A stretch of 64,000 bases of DNA from Trueperaceae bacterium (GTDB lineage Bacteria; Deinococcota; Deinococci; Deinococcales; Trueperaceae). Location of the stretch: positions 1-64,000 of the forward strand of contig CBDCAM010000001.1 of assembly GCA_965213925.1 (NCBI GenBank). The letters are read 5' to 3'. The position numbers and the translations under genes were made by a program. Shown here one piece after another: positions 48,358 to 57,554 of this stretch. Below the pieces are notes generated by a model. It searched no databases. It saw nothing but the letters and a program-made list of their open reading frames with translations, and was not told the origin of the DNA. Positions within the stretch are counted from its first letter, which is position 1. The number at the start of each line of letters is the position of its first letter.

Positions 48358-49245
48358 ATGCTCAAGATAGGTATGGTTGGCTCGGACAATTCTCACGCCA
48401 TCGCCTACTCAAAACTCGCCAACGTCGAAAAAATCGTCGGTGACAAGTGCCGCGTCGTCGGTATCTTCGGTCAGGAAGAAACGCGTACGAAGGAGGTTGC
48501 TCGAGAAGGACAAATCGAAACGGTCGTCAGTAAGCTTGACCACCTGGTCGACATGGTCGACGCTGCGCTGGTGGTCGATAGACACGGTGACTTACACCTT
48601 GAACACGCCCTGCCCTTTTTAGAAAAGGGTTTGCCCGTTTATGTTGATAAACCTTTTGCCGTCAGCTTGTCTGACTGCTCAGCCATGTTGAAGGTGGCAG
48701 AACGGTCGGGTTCACTGTTAAGCTCTTTTTCTTCCCTGAGAATCTCGCCGGGAACCACGGCTTTAGCTGAAGAAGCCAAATCCATCGGCGACATAAAAGT
48801 AGCCCATTTCGCAGGCCCTTGCGACTTTGAGAGCCAATATGCAGGTCCCTTTTTTTACGCTACCCACGTGGCTGAAATTGCCATCAGCTTGCTCAACGAC
48901 GAAGTAGCAAGTTTGCGGGCGAGTCGCTTAGGCGAAAATGTCAATGTGCAGGTTTTTTGGAAGGGGGGAACCCTCTCGAGCTTTAGCTACTTAGGGGACG
49001 CGGCTTACCACTTTCACGCCAGTTTGTTCGGCACCGAAAAGATGACGGCCAGAGAAATCCTCGGGGGCTACAGCAGTTATGGCGAGGTGCTCAAAGCCTT
49101 TTTACTGATGATTGAAACCGGAGAGCGCCCGCTCAGCAACAAAGAACTGCTTCATCCTATCGCCATCGTCCACGCCATTCAAAAGTCCCTGGCTTCTGAG
49201 GGCGCACAGGTCGGCATCGCCGAAATTTTGGAAGGTGAGACTTAG
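48358..49245 (+). CDS. Gfo/Idh/MocA-family oxidoreductase
   Basis: IGMVG..NSH, VYVDKP, SSLR and FYATH motifs. Confidence 0.85.
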   Translation: MLKIGMVGSDNSHAIAYSKLANVEKIVGDKCRVVGIFGQEETRTKEVAREGQIETVVSKLDHLVDMVDAALVVDRHGDLHLEHALPFLEKGLPVYVDKPFAVSLSDCSAMLKVAERSGSLLSSFSSLRISPGTTALAEEAKSIGDIKVAHFAGPCDFESQYAGPFFYATHVAEIAISLLNDEVASLRASRLGENVNVQVFWKGGTLSSFSYLGDAAYHFHASLFGTEKMTAREILGGYSSYGEVLKAFLLMIETGERPLSNKELLHPIAIVHAIQKSLASEGAQVGIAEILEGET

Positions 49246-50499
49246 GTGGAAAAGTTAGCCCTTTGTGGAGGCCCAAAAGTACGCGACAGGCCTTTTGAAA
49301 AATGCAACCGCTACGGTGAAGAGGAACTGCGAGAGCTTAAAGAAGCTCTCGCGCAAGGCACGCTTTTTTACTGGCAGGGTAAAAAAGTTAAGAAATTCCA
49401 GTCTACCTTGGCTGAGATGCTGGGTAAAAACCATTGCACCGCCACGACATCGGGCACCGCCTCTATACATACGGCCTTAGGCGCTATAGGACTCGGCGTG
49501 GGGGACGAGGTTATCACGTCACCGATTACGGACATCGGGACGGTAGTGGGCGTTCTTTATCAAAATGCCATTCCCGTCTTTGCCGACCTTGATCTAAGAA
49601 CTTATACGGTGCAACCAAGCTCCATTGAGAGCTGCATCAGCGAGCGCACCAAAGCTATTTTGGTGGTGCATCTTGGCGGTAGCCCGGCCGACATGGACGC
49701 CATACTCGCTATCGCCGAGCGTCATAATCTCTACGTGATCGAGGACTGCGCTCAAGCTTGGATGGCGAGCTACAAAGGCCGCTACGTCGGCACGATGGGG
49801 CATCTGGGCGCTTTCAGTTTGAACGAGTTCAAACATATCTCCACGGGGGACGGCGGAGCGGTCGTAACGGACGACGACGCGTTGGGTGCCAAAGCCAGAA
49901 TGTTTGCCGATAAATACATGGACCGTGTGGGCGGTGTTAGAGAGTCCCCCATGTTGGCCCCGAATTACCGAATGACGGAACTTCAAGGCGCGGTTGCGGT
50001 GGCCCAACTTGGCAAGGTTCACGCCATCTGCAAACGCAGAACTGCTGTAGGAGACAAAATCAGCAACGCCGTCAAAGACTTAGAAGGTGTTTTGCCGCCT
50101 CGAGTGGTTGAAGGAGGGCGTCACGTTTACTGGCACTACATGCTGCGCATCGATGAAAAGACGTTGGGCGCTACGCGCGTCCATTTTGCTGAAGCTCTTA
50201 GTGCTGAAGGTATACCCTGCACCGCAGGCTACATCCCCACCTGCCTTTATGAATACCCGCTTTTTAAAAACAAGACGATTTACCCCAACTCGCGCTTTCC
50301 GCTCGAGTCGCGCGAGTTGGCTAAGACTTACAGCTATAGCGCCGGTTTGTGCCCGCAAGCCGAGGAGATTTTAGCGTCTTGCGTGGTGTTGCCCTGCAGT
50401 GAATGTTATACGGATGATGACGTGAACGACATTATCGACGCCATCACTAAGGTCGCTACCTATTATCACCGTCAGCCCGAACGCGATCACATTTCATAG
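49246..50499 (+). CDS. DegT-family aminotransferase
   Basis: LALCGG, IEDCAQA, FSLNEFKHISTGDGG and NYRMTELQ motifs. Confidence 0.92.
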   Translation: MEKLALCGGPKVRDRPFEKCNRYGEEELRELKEALAQGTLFYWQGKKVKKFQSTLAEMLGKNHCTATTSGTASIHTALGAIGLGVGDEVITSPITDIGTVVGVLYQNAIPVFADLDLRTYTVQPSSIESCISERTKAILVVHLGGSPADMDAILAIAERHNLYVIEDCAQAWMASYKGRYVGTMGHLGAFSLNEFKHISTGDGGAVVTDDDALGAKARMFADKYMDRVGGVRESPMLAPNYRMTELQGAVAVAQLGKVHAICKRRTAVGDKISNAVKDLEGVLPPRVVEGGRHVYWHYMLRIDEKTLGATRVHFAEALSAEGIPCTAGYIPTCLYEYPLFKNKTIYPNSRFPLESRELAKTYSYSAGLCPQAEEILASCVVLPCSECYTDDDVNDIIDAITKVATYYHRQPERDHIS

Positions 50500-50534
50500 G
50501 GCGCGGACGGTTGCGCCCTCACTTTGAGGTGCCC

Positions 50535-51473
50535 ATGAAAGACTTGAAACTCATAGATAGCCATCAGCACGTCTTCTGGCATGGTCGGGACGATGTAGGG
50601 CTGATTGCCGATATGGACGCCCACAACATCGAAAAAGCCTGGCTTTTGACCTGGGACGAGCCGGGCGCAGATACCAACAACATCAACATGGCTGTGATGG
50701 ATCCACGCTTTAAACAGCTCGGCAGTCGGGAAACAATGGCACCCTTGCACAATGTCATCGAGATAAGTCGCCGCTATCCCGAGCGCTTTATTCCTGGTTA
50801 CTGCCCCAACCCCCTCGATCCACAGGCTGTGAGCAAGCTGGCGGCTGCCGTTGATATTTTAGGTGTGCGGGTTTGCGGGGAATGGAAATTCAGCTTGCAC
50901 ATTGACGACCCTCGCTGCATAGAGCTTTTTAGGTTTGCAGGCACTCGAGGCCTACCTGTCGTTTTACATCTCGACGTACCTTATTTGCCTCCAAAGGGAG
51001 GCAAGTTTGTGGGGGAAGGTATGTGGAAAGGGGGATCGGTGGATAATCTAGTACGCACTCTTGAAGCTTGCCCTACGACCAACTTCATAGGTCACGCCCC
51101 TGGTTTCTGGCGGGAAATGTCGGGTGAAGCAGATACGTATCCTGTAGCCTATCTCAAAGCGCCCTTGGCGCCCGGCGGTAGACTCCCCAATATTTTTGAA
51201 GCGCACGAGAATCTTTACGCCGACCTATCAGCCGGCAGCGCCTTGAGGGCTTTACGGGCCGCTGAGGACGAGGCTCGAGCCTTCATCACGCGCTTTGAAG
51301 ACCGCCTGCTCTTCGGACGCGACTACTACGGTACGGAACTTTTCGACTTTTTATCGGGTCTTGACCTGCCTGAAACCACCTGGCAAAAAATCGGGCGCGG
51401 CAATGCCGAGAAGCTCTTAGCTCATACCAAAGGGACGAACACCGCAGCTATTCGCCCCCTGATTGGAGAATGA
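50535..51473 (+). CDS. Amidohydrolase-2 family protein
   Basis: IDSHQH, GEWK, VLH, IGH and LFGRD motifs; GAGGT RBS. Confidence 0.85.
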   Translation: MKDLKLIDSHQHVFWHGRDDVGLIADMDAHNIEKAWLLTWDEPGADTNNINMAVMDPRFKQLGSRETMAPLHNVIEISRRYPERFIPGYCPNPLDPQAVSKLAAAVDILGVRVCGEWKFSLHIDDPRCIELFRFAGTRGLPVVLHLDVPYLPPKGGKFVGEGMWKGGSVDNLVRTLEACPTTNFIGHAPGFWREMSGEADTYPVAYLKAPLAPGGRLPNIFEAHENLYADLSAGSALRALRAAEDEARAFITRFEDRLLFGRDYYGTELFDFLSGLDLPETTWQKIGRGNAEKLLAHTKGTNTAAIRPLIGE

Positions 51474-52252
51474 TGCACAAAACGGTAAGCACCTGGCGAG
51501 ATTTTAAAGCCCACTGGGACGGCGTTCTTAACTTTTTGCTCGGCGGCGAATGCGTCCCCTTCGCCTTTGACCTGCCGAGCGTTGAAGAGGTCATCGACAG
51601 CGTCCGCCGCGATCCTGACGCTCGCATCTGGCGCGGTGCCAAAGGAGATAGCCTTGATAAAACAGATATCGCCGAGTCGTATAGGCGACTTCCTATCGAC
51701 GAGGCTGTCAAGGCCAACTTCCAAATGTCGCACTTTAAACTGGCGAATTTTTACGGCGAAGGTCAGCTTTTCGAAGGTTTTGAAGAACAGGTCATGAAGC
51801 CTTGGCAAGGAGCGCTCCGCGCAGCGGGGTTCAGCTGGACGCGCTGCTACCCCATCCTTTTTATCAGTGGACCCGGCTGCGCTACCAATTACCACCTGGA
51901 TTACTCGCATGTTCTGGCTTGGCAACGCTACGGCAGCAAACGCTTTTCAGGGCTCAAAGATCCCGAGCGCTGGGCACCCCTGGAAACGCGCCTTCACGCG
52001 GCGGGCATCAAGCAACCTTCCGGTATTCGGGAAGAGGACGCTCTCAGTTACGACATGCAGCCGGGTGACGTGCTCTGGAATACCTTTCTAACCCCGCACT
52101 GGGTCGAAGCGACTGATACGGTCAGTTACAGCATCAACCTCTCGCACGGAGGCTTGAGGCTTGATGGTAAACTCTGCCGTCATGAGCAAGAGCTTTTAGA
52201 CTGGCGTGAGGCACATCCTGCAGAAAAGGGTCTCGGCGCTGTAAACGTTTGA
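51470..52252 (+). CDS. JmjC/cupin-like protein, paralog of 46544-47344
   Basis: GECVPF.F, YHLD, PHWV and NLSHGG motifs. Confidence 0.72.
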   Translation: MMHKTVSTWRDFKAHWDGVLNFLLGGECVPFAFDLPSVEEVIDSVRRDPDARIWRGAKGDSLDKTDIAESYRRLPIDEAVKANFQMSHFKLANFYGEGQLFEGFEEQVMKPWQGALRAAGFSWTRCYPILFISGPGCATNYHLDYSHVLAWQRYGSKRFSGLKDPERWAPLETRLHAAGIKQPSGIREEDALSYDMQPGDVLWNTFLTPHWVEATDTVSYSINLSHGGLRLDGKLCRHEQELLDWREAHPAEKGLGAVNV

Positions 52253-52274
52253 CGGCAAACACCCCTGGGGGAAA

Positions 52275-52400
52275 ATGGTGTTTAAGCTTGGCGTACTCGG
52301 TGACGAGATAAGCTCGGATTTCAAGCACCTTTGTCGGTTTATGAAAGAGTGGAACATGCGACACGTGGAACTGCGTACCCTTCCGAGTCATGAGCATTAG
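52275..52400 (+). pseudogene. N-terminal stub of a sugar-phosphate isomerase/epimerase, ending at the IS
   Basis: MVFKLGVLGDEISSDF...HVELRT; its stop lies in the IS terminus. Confidence 0.65.
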
Positions 52401-53392
52401 AGTTGTTCCCCAATAGTGCATAAAAGGTGCTATGGTCATGAGATGGTAGAGAAGATACGAGATGAACGGCAACTCAAGGCTCTGACAGGTCTACCGAGAG
52501 ATAAGTTCGAGGTGCTCATAGCGGAGTTTGCACAGGTATATCAAGCAAGACAGCAGCAGGCTTATGAGCAAGCTCAAGCGCAAGGGATAAGACGACGCAA
52601 ACCCGGTGGTGGGCAGAAAGGGAAGCTGCCGGGGGCGGGAGACAAGCTGATGTTCGTGCTGTACTACTTCAAGAACTACCCGACCTTTGATGTATTGGGA
52701 ACCCAGTTTGACATGGCACGCTCAAAAGCCTGCGAGAACCTGCATAAGCTGACACCTGTACTGCACGAGACCCTGGCCGGGCTCGGGGTGCTACCTCGGC
52801 GGGAGTTCGAAAACGTCGAAGCGTTCAAGTTTGCGCTAGGTGATATAGACAAACTGCTCATCGACGTTACTGAGCGCCTCCACCGTCGTCCGAGTGAGAA
52901 CGAGCGGCAGCGCGAACTATACAGTGGTAAAAAAAGCGTCATACTCTGAAAAACACCGTCATGTCCTCAGCCGACAAACTGATTCTGTTCTTAGGTCACA
53001 CCTTTGTAGGCCGCACGCACGATTACAAGATGCTCAAAACAGAGTTTCCACCAGAACAGCCCTGGTTTCAAGCTGTTGAAGCTTTGTTCGACCTGGGCTA
53101 CCAAGGTATCTGCAAAGACTACCAGGGAGAAAAGCTCAGCCTTCCTCACAAGAAGCCGCGTAAGAGCAAAGCTAAGCCCGACCCCCAGCTCAGCAACGCG
53201 CAAAAACAAGCTAATCGGGCTTTGGCTAAGCTCAGAATCTTTGTTGAACATGCCATCGGTGGCATGAAAAGATACCGCATCTTGGTTGCTCCCTACCGCA
53301 ACCACAAGCCCAACTTCGAAGACGATGTCGCCGTCGTCTCAGCGGGCTTATGGAACTTCCTGCTCACTTGAGATTATTCGGGAACAACTCTA
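52398..53392 (+). mobile_element. IS5-family (ISL2-like, DDE_Tnp_4-type) element
   Basis: IRs TAGAGTTGTTCCC(C/G)AATA (17/18 match); the terminal TA may be the target duplication. Confidence 0.85.
52443..53371 (+). CDS. Transposase joined by a -1 frameshift at A7G (52929-52936)
   Basis: IDVTE...YSGKK|KRHTLK...HD...DLGYQG...RIFVEHAIG. Confidence 0.8.
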
Positions 53393-53466
53393 TTAAGCAA
53401 AAGCTCTTAAGTTTATCTGTCGATTTGTGAGGCTATGAATCCACCCGGAGGTAATATCTTACGCAG

Positions 53467-54333
53467 ATGAAAAGTCAATCGCAAGCACAGTCATCAGTGG
53501 CTCTACAAGCCAGCAAAAAGACCCTGTTACAGAAGACCCTGTTACAAAGGTGGAAACCACAGTACAAGATTGATGTCCACATGCACCTACCTGGTGCCAG
53601 CATTCCGTGGATTGACAGCAGTGATGATGTAGTTATGGCTGCGGAGTCACTGGGTATTCGGGAAATGTGGTGCTCTGTTCCCATCACAGGTGGACGAATT
53701 GCACCCCTTGCCGAAGTGCGCGCCTGCAATGACATTGTGTTGGAGGCTATACGCGACTACCCCAAGCTCGTGCGCGGTTACTGCTACATAGACCCCAGCA
53801 ATCCCCAGGCAGCGTTGGGAGAAATGGAACGTTGCCGCGCCGCTGGCATGATTGGCGTGAAACTTTATAATCAACTAAAAATTACAGATCCTCGAGTAGA
53901 ACCGATTGCTCGACGAGCACTTCAACTGGGTATGGTGATTCTAACGCATGCGGGTCACCTTCGTGAGCCCAAAGAGCTTGCAGCGCAACCTAATATCTCG
54001 GACGCTGCTGACATCTGCGCCTTTGCCGCCCGCTTCCCCAATCTACCTATTATTCAGGGGCACATTGGTGGCGGAGGAGATTGGGAGTGGACACTCCGGA
54101 CTTTACGAAACTGCGAAAATGTCTATCTTGATACGAGTGGGAGCGGGATTGATGCGGATATGGTGTTGCGCTGTGTCGAAGAATTAGGGGTGAACCGCGT
54201 CCTGTTTGCCACCGATACCTGGATGGAGGAAGGGGTCGGCAAAGTGGTCGGGGCAGAACTGACTGCTAAAGAGCGTGACCAAGTGTTTTACCTAAATGCC
54301 CAGGCACTCCTCAACAAGCTGAGCGCGAGGTAG
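53467..54333 (+). CDS. Amidohydrolase-2 family protein
   Basis: IDVHMH, GVKL, THAG, GHIGGG and LFATD motifs; KTLLQ x2 duplication at 53518-53547. Confidence 0.87.
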   Translation: MKSQSQAQSSVALQASKKTLLQKTLLQRWKPQYKIDVHMHLPGASIPWIDSSDDVVMAAESLGIREMWCSVPITGGRIAPLAEVRACNDIVLEAIRDYPKLVRGYCYIDPSNPQAALGEMERCRAAGMIGVKLYNQLKITDPRVEPIARRALQLGMVILTHAGHLREPKELAAQPNISDAADICAFAARFPNLPIIQGHIGGGGDWEWTLRTLRNCENVYLDTSGSGIDADMVLRCVEELGVNRVLFATDTWMEEGVGKVVGAELTAKERDQVFYLNAQALLNKLSAR

Positions 54334-54366
54334 CGTTAGCGGCAGCGACATCAAACCTGGAGATGC

Positions 54367-55182
54367 GTGACTGACATCAATGTAATGCTGGGACCTTATC
54401 CTTTCCGTGATCTAGTAGCCACGGACGTTTCTAATATTTGCGCTTTACTAGGGAAAGTTGGCGTTCGTGCCGCAATCGTAGGAGCAACCCCCACCCTTTT
54501 GTACCGTGACGTTTACCGTGGGCATCGTTTGGCATTCCAGGACATTAAAGCCACTAAAATATCCGGTGAAATTTCACTCTATCCGACTCTGACGGTTAAC
54601 CCTTTAAGTCCTGATTGGCAACGCGACCTCGAGGAAACGCTAGCCGGTCGCGGTCCCGCAGCAGGCTCAGTAGGTCTCCGTCTTTATCCGTCCTACCACC
54701 AGTACCATTTGACTGACTCTGTAACAAGCTTAGTTGCACATGCGGCCGTTGAGCGTAAGCTACCTCTGCTACTGACTCAGCGAATTGAAGACAGGCGTCA
54801 ACGTCATCCCTGGGACAGAGCCAGCGACCTGTCGATAACCGAGGTCGTTCGCTTTGCAGAAAAGCATCCTGGTCTGAAACTTGCTTTGCTAAATTGGCTT
54901 GACTTTGGTCCGCTTCATGCAGGCTACTACCTGCAGATGAAACGCCTTGCTGAAAATGCCTGCTTACTGATTGACCCGACCAGAGCCAGCGTCCTTATCC
55001 GTAAGCACCTCCCGCGCCTGCTTGATACTTTGGGAATTGAAACGCTTGCTTACGGCTCCGCTACCCCCTTTCTCGCTGCGGAACCAACACTGCTAAAGCT
55101 CGACCTTTTGGGTCTGACAGCTGCTGAGCGGCAAAGTGTAGCATGGAAAAATGCATCTGTATTTTTTGGTCTTCAGCCTTGA
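54367..55182 (+). CDS. Amidohydrolase-like protein lacking the metal histidines
   Basis: TDINVMLGPYPF, GLRLYPSYH, EDRRQ, YGSATP and NA tail. Confidence 0.7.
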   Translation: MTDINVMLGPYPFRDLVATDVSNICALLGKVGVRAAIVGATPTLLYRDVYRGHRLAFQDIKATKISGEISLYPTLTVNPLSPDWQRDLEETLAGRGPAAGSVGLRLYPSYHQYHLTDSVTSLVAHAAVERKLPLLLTQRIEDRRQRHPWDRASDLSITEVVRFAEKHPGLKLALLNWLDFGPLHAGYYLQMKRLAENACLLIDPTRASVLIRKHLPRLLDTLGIETLAYGSATPFLAAEPTLLKLDLLGLTAAERQSVAWKNASVFFGLQP

Positions 55183-55538
55183 TGGGGTTTTAACAGAAAC
55201 CGGAGAGCACAAAAAACCGTGGGAGCTGTGCTTCTGGTCACACGACCGCTTTGTCAGCAAGGGCGTAAAAAGCAGGTGGGGAACAGAAGCCTGACGACAC
55301 CGATTTGTGCGCTCAGAAGGTCATATCCCACACTTTTTTGTGCTCTCGTTTCCCACCGCCTCGTCGTTCGGGACTCGAGCGGGAAATGACATGAAGCTGA
55401 CAGCCCAACCTCACACTGGAGTATGCTTGTGACGATCGAGACACCGACCGAGTGGCGTTGGTTTTGGCGAGAGGAGGTGGTCGGTTAAACTGTGGGGGCA
55501 CGAAGCAAGGAAACTATGTCTAGTCTGGGAGGTATAGC

Positions 55539-56894
55539 ATGTTGCAACGCTTGAGTGTAAAAGTTTTGAGTCTGTTAATCGGTCTAGTGGTTTTTGCCGC
55601 ACCCGCCTTTTCTCAAACCCTGACCATTACCTGCCGCTGCGTGGCGGACGGCGTAAACAGTCAGTTGGCGCAGTGGCTTCGAGAGGACGTCATTCCGACC
55701 TTTGAAGAAGAGCACCCCAACGTTACGGTCGAACTTGCCGAGTTCGGCGGTAGTGACGAGCAACTTAAAGAACAGTACGCCCTCGACCTCTCAGTCGGTG
55801 CGGGTGCAGACGTTCTCGCCTTCGACGGCTTCTGGGTGCCCGAGTTCGTGGCGTCGGGCAGCCTCAAACCGCTGTCCGAGGTAAGCACGGCAGCCGCGGA
55901 CTGGGAAGGTTGGAGCCACATCCCTGAAGGCTTGCAAGCGCTTATGAGTTTTGACGGCGAACGCTACGGCGTTGCCCTCGGCACCGACTACCGGATGCTT
56001 TTCTACCGCAAAGACTTACTCGAGCAAGCCGGGGTCGAAAACGCCGACAACTGGCAACCCACCTCTTGGGAAGAGCTGCTCGACACCGCCCGCAAGGTCA
56101 AAGAGGCCATGCCCGACTCGGCACCGCTGCAAATTAACGCGGGCACCGCGATGGGCGAGGCGACCACCATGCAGGGGTACTACCCGCTGCTCTTGGGCAC
56201 CGGGCACTTTCTGACCGACGAGAACGGCAACTGGATCGTTCGCAGTCAGGGCATCCTCGACGCGCTCAACCTTTATAAAACCATCTACGTGGATGAAGAA
56301 CTCGGCGACCCACGGTTGCAACTTCTCCAGGACGGACGCAACCAGAGCTTTGCCAACTTCCGCGACGGTGACACGGCGATTTTGCTCGAGGGCGACTACT
56401 TTTACCGTGGCCCCACCGCACCCGACCAGGAGTTCGCGGTTGCAAACCGCGACGAGGTGATGGGTTGGGCCGAGATTCCCGCCGAAGAGCCGGGGGCGGG
56501 CTTTCGCGGTCAGGACTTCGTGACCGTTTCGGGCGGTACCGGCTTCGTCATCAACCCCAACACCGAGAATCCCGACCTGGCCTGGGAACTCTTAGCCACC
56601 ATGAACAGCCAGGAATCTTTAATGGCGGCGCAGGAAATTCAGCCGCGCATCCGCGTCCGCGACGACGTGCCGGTGCCGGACAGCCCGTTCCTAACCGAAA
56701 CCGCCGAAGCGCTCGGACCGCTCACCACCGCACGCCCCAACCTGGCAATCTACCCCGAAATCTCCTACGAAGCGCAGCTCATGACCGAGCGCGTCGTGTC
56801 CGGTGAGATGAGCCCCGAAGAGGCGATGGACGCTTACGCGCAGGCGGTGACTGACCTCGTCGGTGAAGAGAACGTCGTTGACATGATGCAGTAA
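55539..56894 (+). CDS. Carbohydrate-type ABC substrate-binding protein (family 1)
   Basis: Signal peptide; LFYRKDLL, PTSWEEL and SGG.G motifs; GGAGGT RBS. Confidence 0.9.
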   Translation: MLQRLSVKVLSLLIGLVVFAAPAFSQTLTITCRCVADGVNSQLAQWLREDVIPTFEEEHPNVTVELAEFGGSDEQLKEQYALDLSVGAGADVLAFDGFWVPEFVASGSLKPLSEVSTAAADWEGWSHIPEGLQALMSFDGERYGVALGTDYRMLFYRKDLLEQAGVENADNWQPTSWEELLDTARKVKEAMPDSAPLQINAGTAMGEATTMQGYYPLLLGTGHFLTDENGNWIVRSQGILDALNLYKTIYVDEELGDPRLQLLQDGRNQSFANFRDGDTAILLEGDYFYRGPTAPDQEFAVANRDEVMGWAEIPAEEPGAGFRGQDFVTVSGGTGFVINPNTENPDLAWELLATMNSQESLMAAQEIQPRIRVRDDVPVPDSPFLTETAEALGPLTTARPNLAIYPEISYEAQLMTERVVSGEMSPEEAMDAYAQAVTDLVGEENVVDMMQ

Positions 56895-56924
56895 TAGGAT
56901 GTAGTAACAATGCCGTAATGCCTC

Positions 56925-56952
56925 GAGAGGACTGAAGTGTCTCAGTCCTCTC
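56925..56952 (+). other. 11-bp stem-loop 3' of the binding-protein gene
   Basis: GAGAGGACTGA-agtgtc-TCAGTCCTCTC. Confidence 0.75.
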
Positions 56953-56982
56953 TACCCACCGGATGATGGAGGTGCTGACTCG

Positions 56983-57552
56983 GTGCAAAAAACGACGGCG
57001 CAGAGAAAGACAGCGCAGAAAGTCGAGGTCGTCCCCCACGATCCGGCGTGGCGAGAGGCGTTCGGTGCTGAATCACAACGCGTTGCCGAAGCGTTGGGCA
57101 GCAACGTCACCGGGGTGCATCACATCGGCAGCACCGCCATTCCGGGGATTTTTGCCAAACCCATTATCGACATGCTAATCGAGGTCGAGGACATCCTCGA
57201 GGTGGACCCCAAAAACGCAGCAATGGCAGGGCTCGGTTACGAGGCGATGGGCGAATACGGTCTCCCTGGTCGCCGTTATTTTCGCAAGGAAGATTCACAG
57301 GATATTAGAACGCACCACGTCCACGTGTTCGAGCGCGGCACGGCGGCGGTGGCGCGTCATCTAGCCTTCCGCGACTATCTGAGGGTGCATTTGGGCGAGG
57401 CGCAGGCGTACAGCGACCTCAAACGCGAGTTGGCTCGAGCCTACCCTGACGACATAGAGAGCTATATGGACGGCAAAGACGCCTTTGTCAAAGAGGTCGA
57501 GCGGCGGGCGGCGCGGTGGCGTGCCTTGTCAGGGAACAGCGCACCGAGCTAA
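56983..57552 (+). CDS. GrpB-family (nucleotidyltransferase-like) protein
   Basis: HIGSTAIPG..AKPIID, RRYF, HVH, FRDYL, Y..LK and Y..GK motifs; GGAGGTG RBS. Confidence 0.88.
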   Translation: MQKTTAQRKTAQKVEVVPHDPAWREAFGAESQRVAEALGSNVTGVHHIGSTAIPGIFAKPIIDMLIEVEDILEVDPKNAAMAGLGYEAMGEYGLPGRRYFRKEDSQDIRTHHVHVFERGTAAVARHLAFRDYLRVHLGEAQAYSDLKRELARAYPDDIESYMDGKDAFVKEVERRAARWRALSGNSAPS

Positions 57553-57554
57553 GG

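Noticed and set aside
22034..55182. Antibiotic or O-antigen biosynthetic cluster suggested by the DegT genes
   Set aside because: No glycosyltransferase, NDP-sugar enzymes, exporter or scaffold synthase seen; importers and hydrolases dominate.
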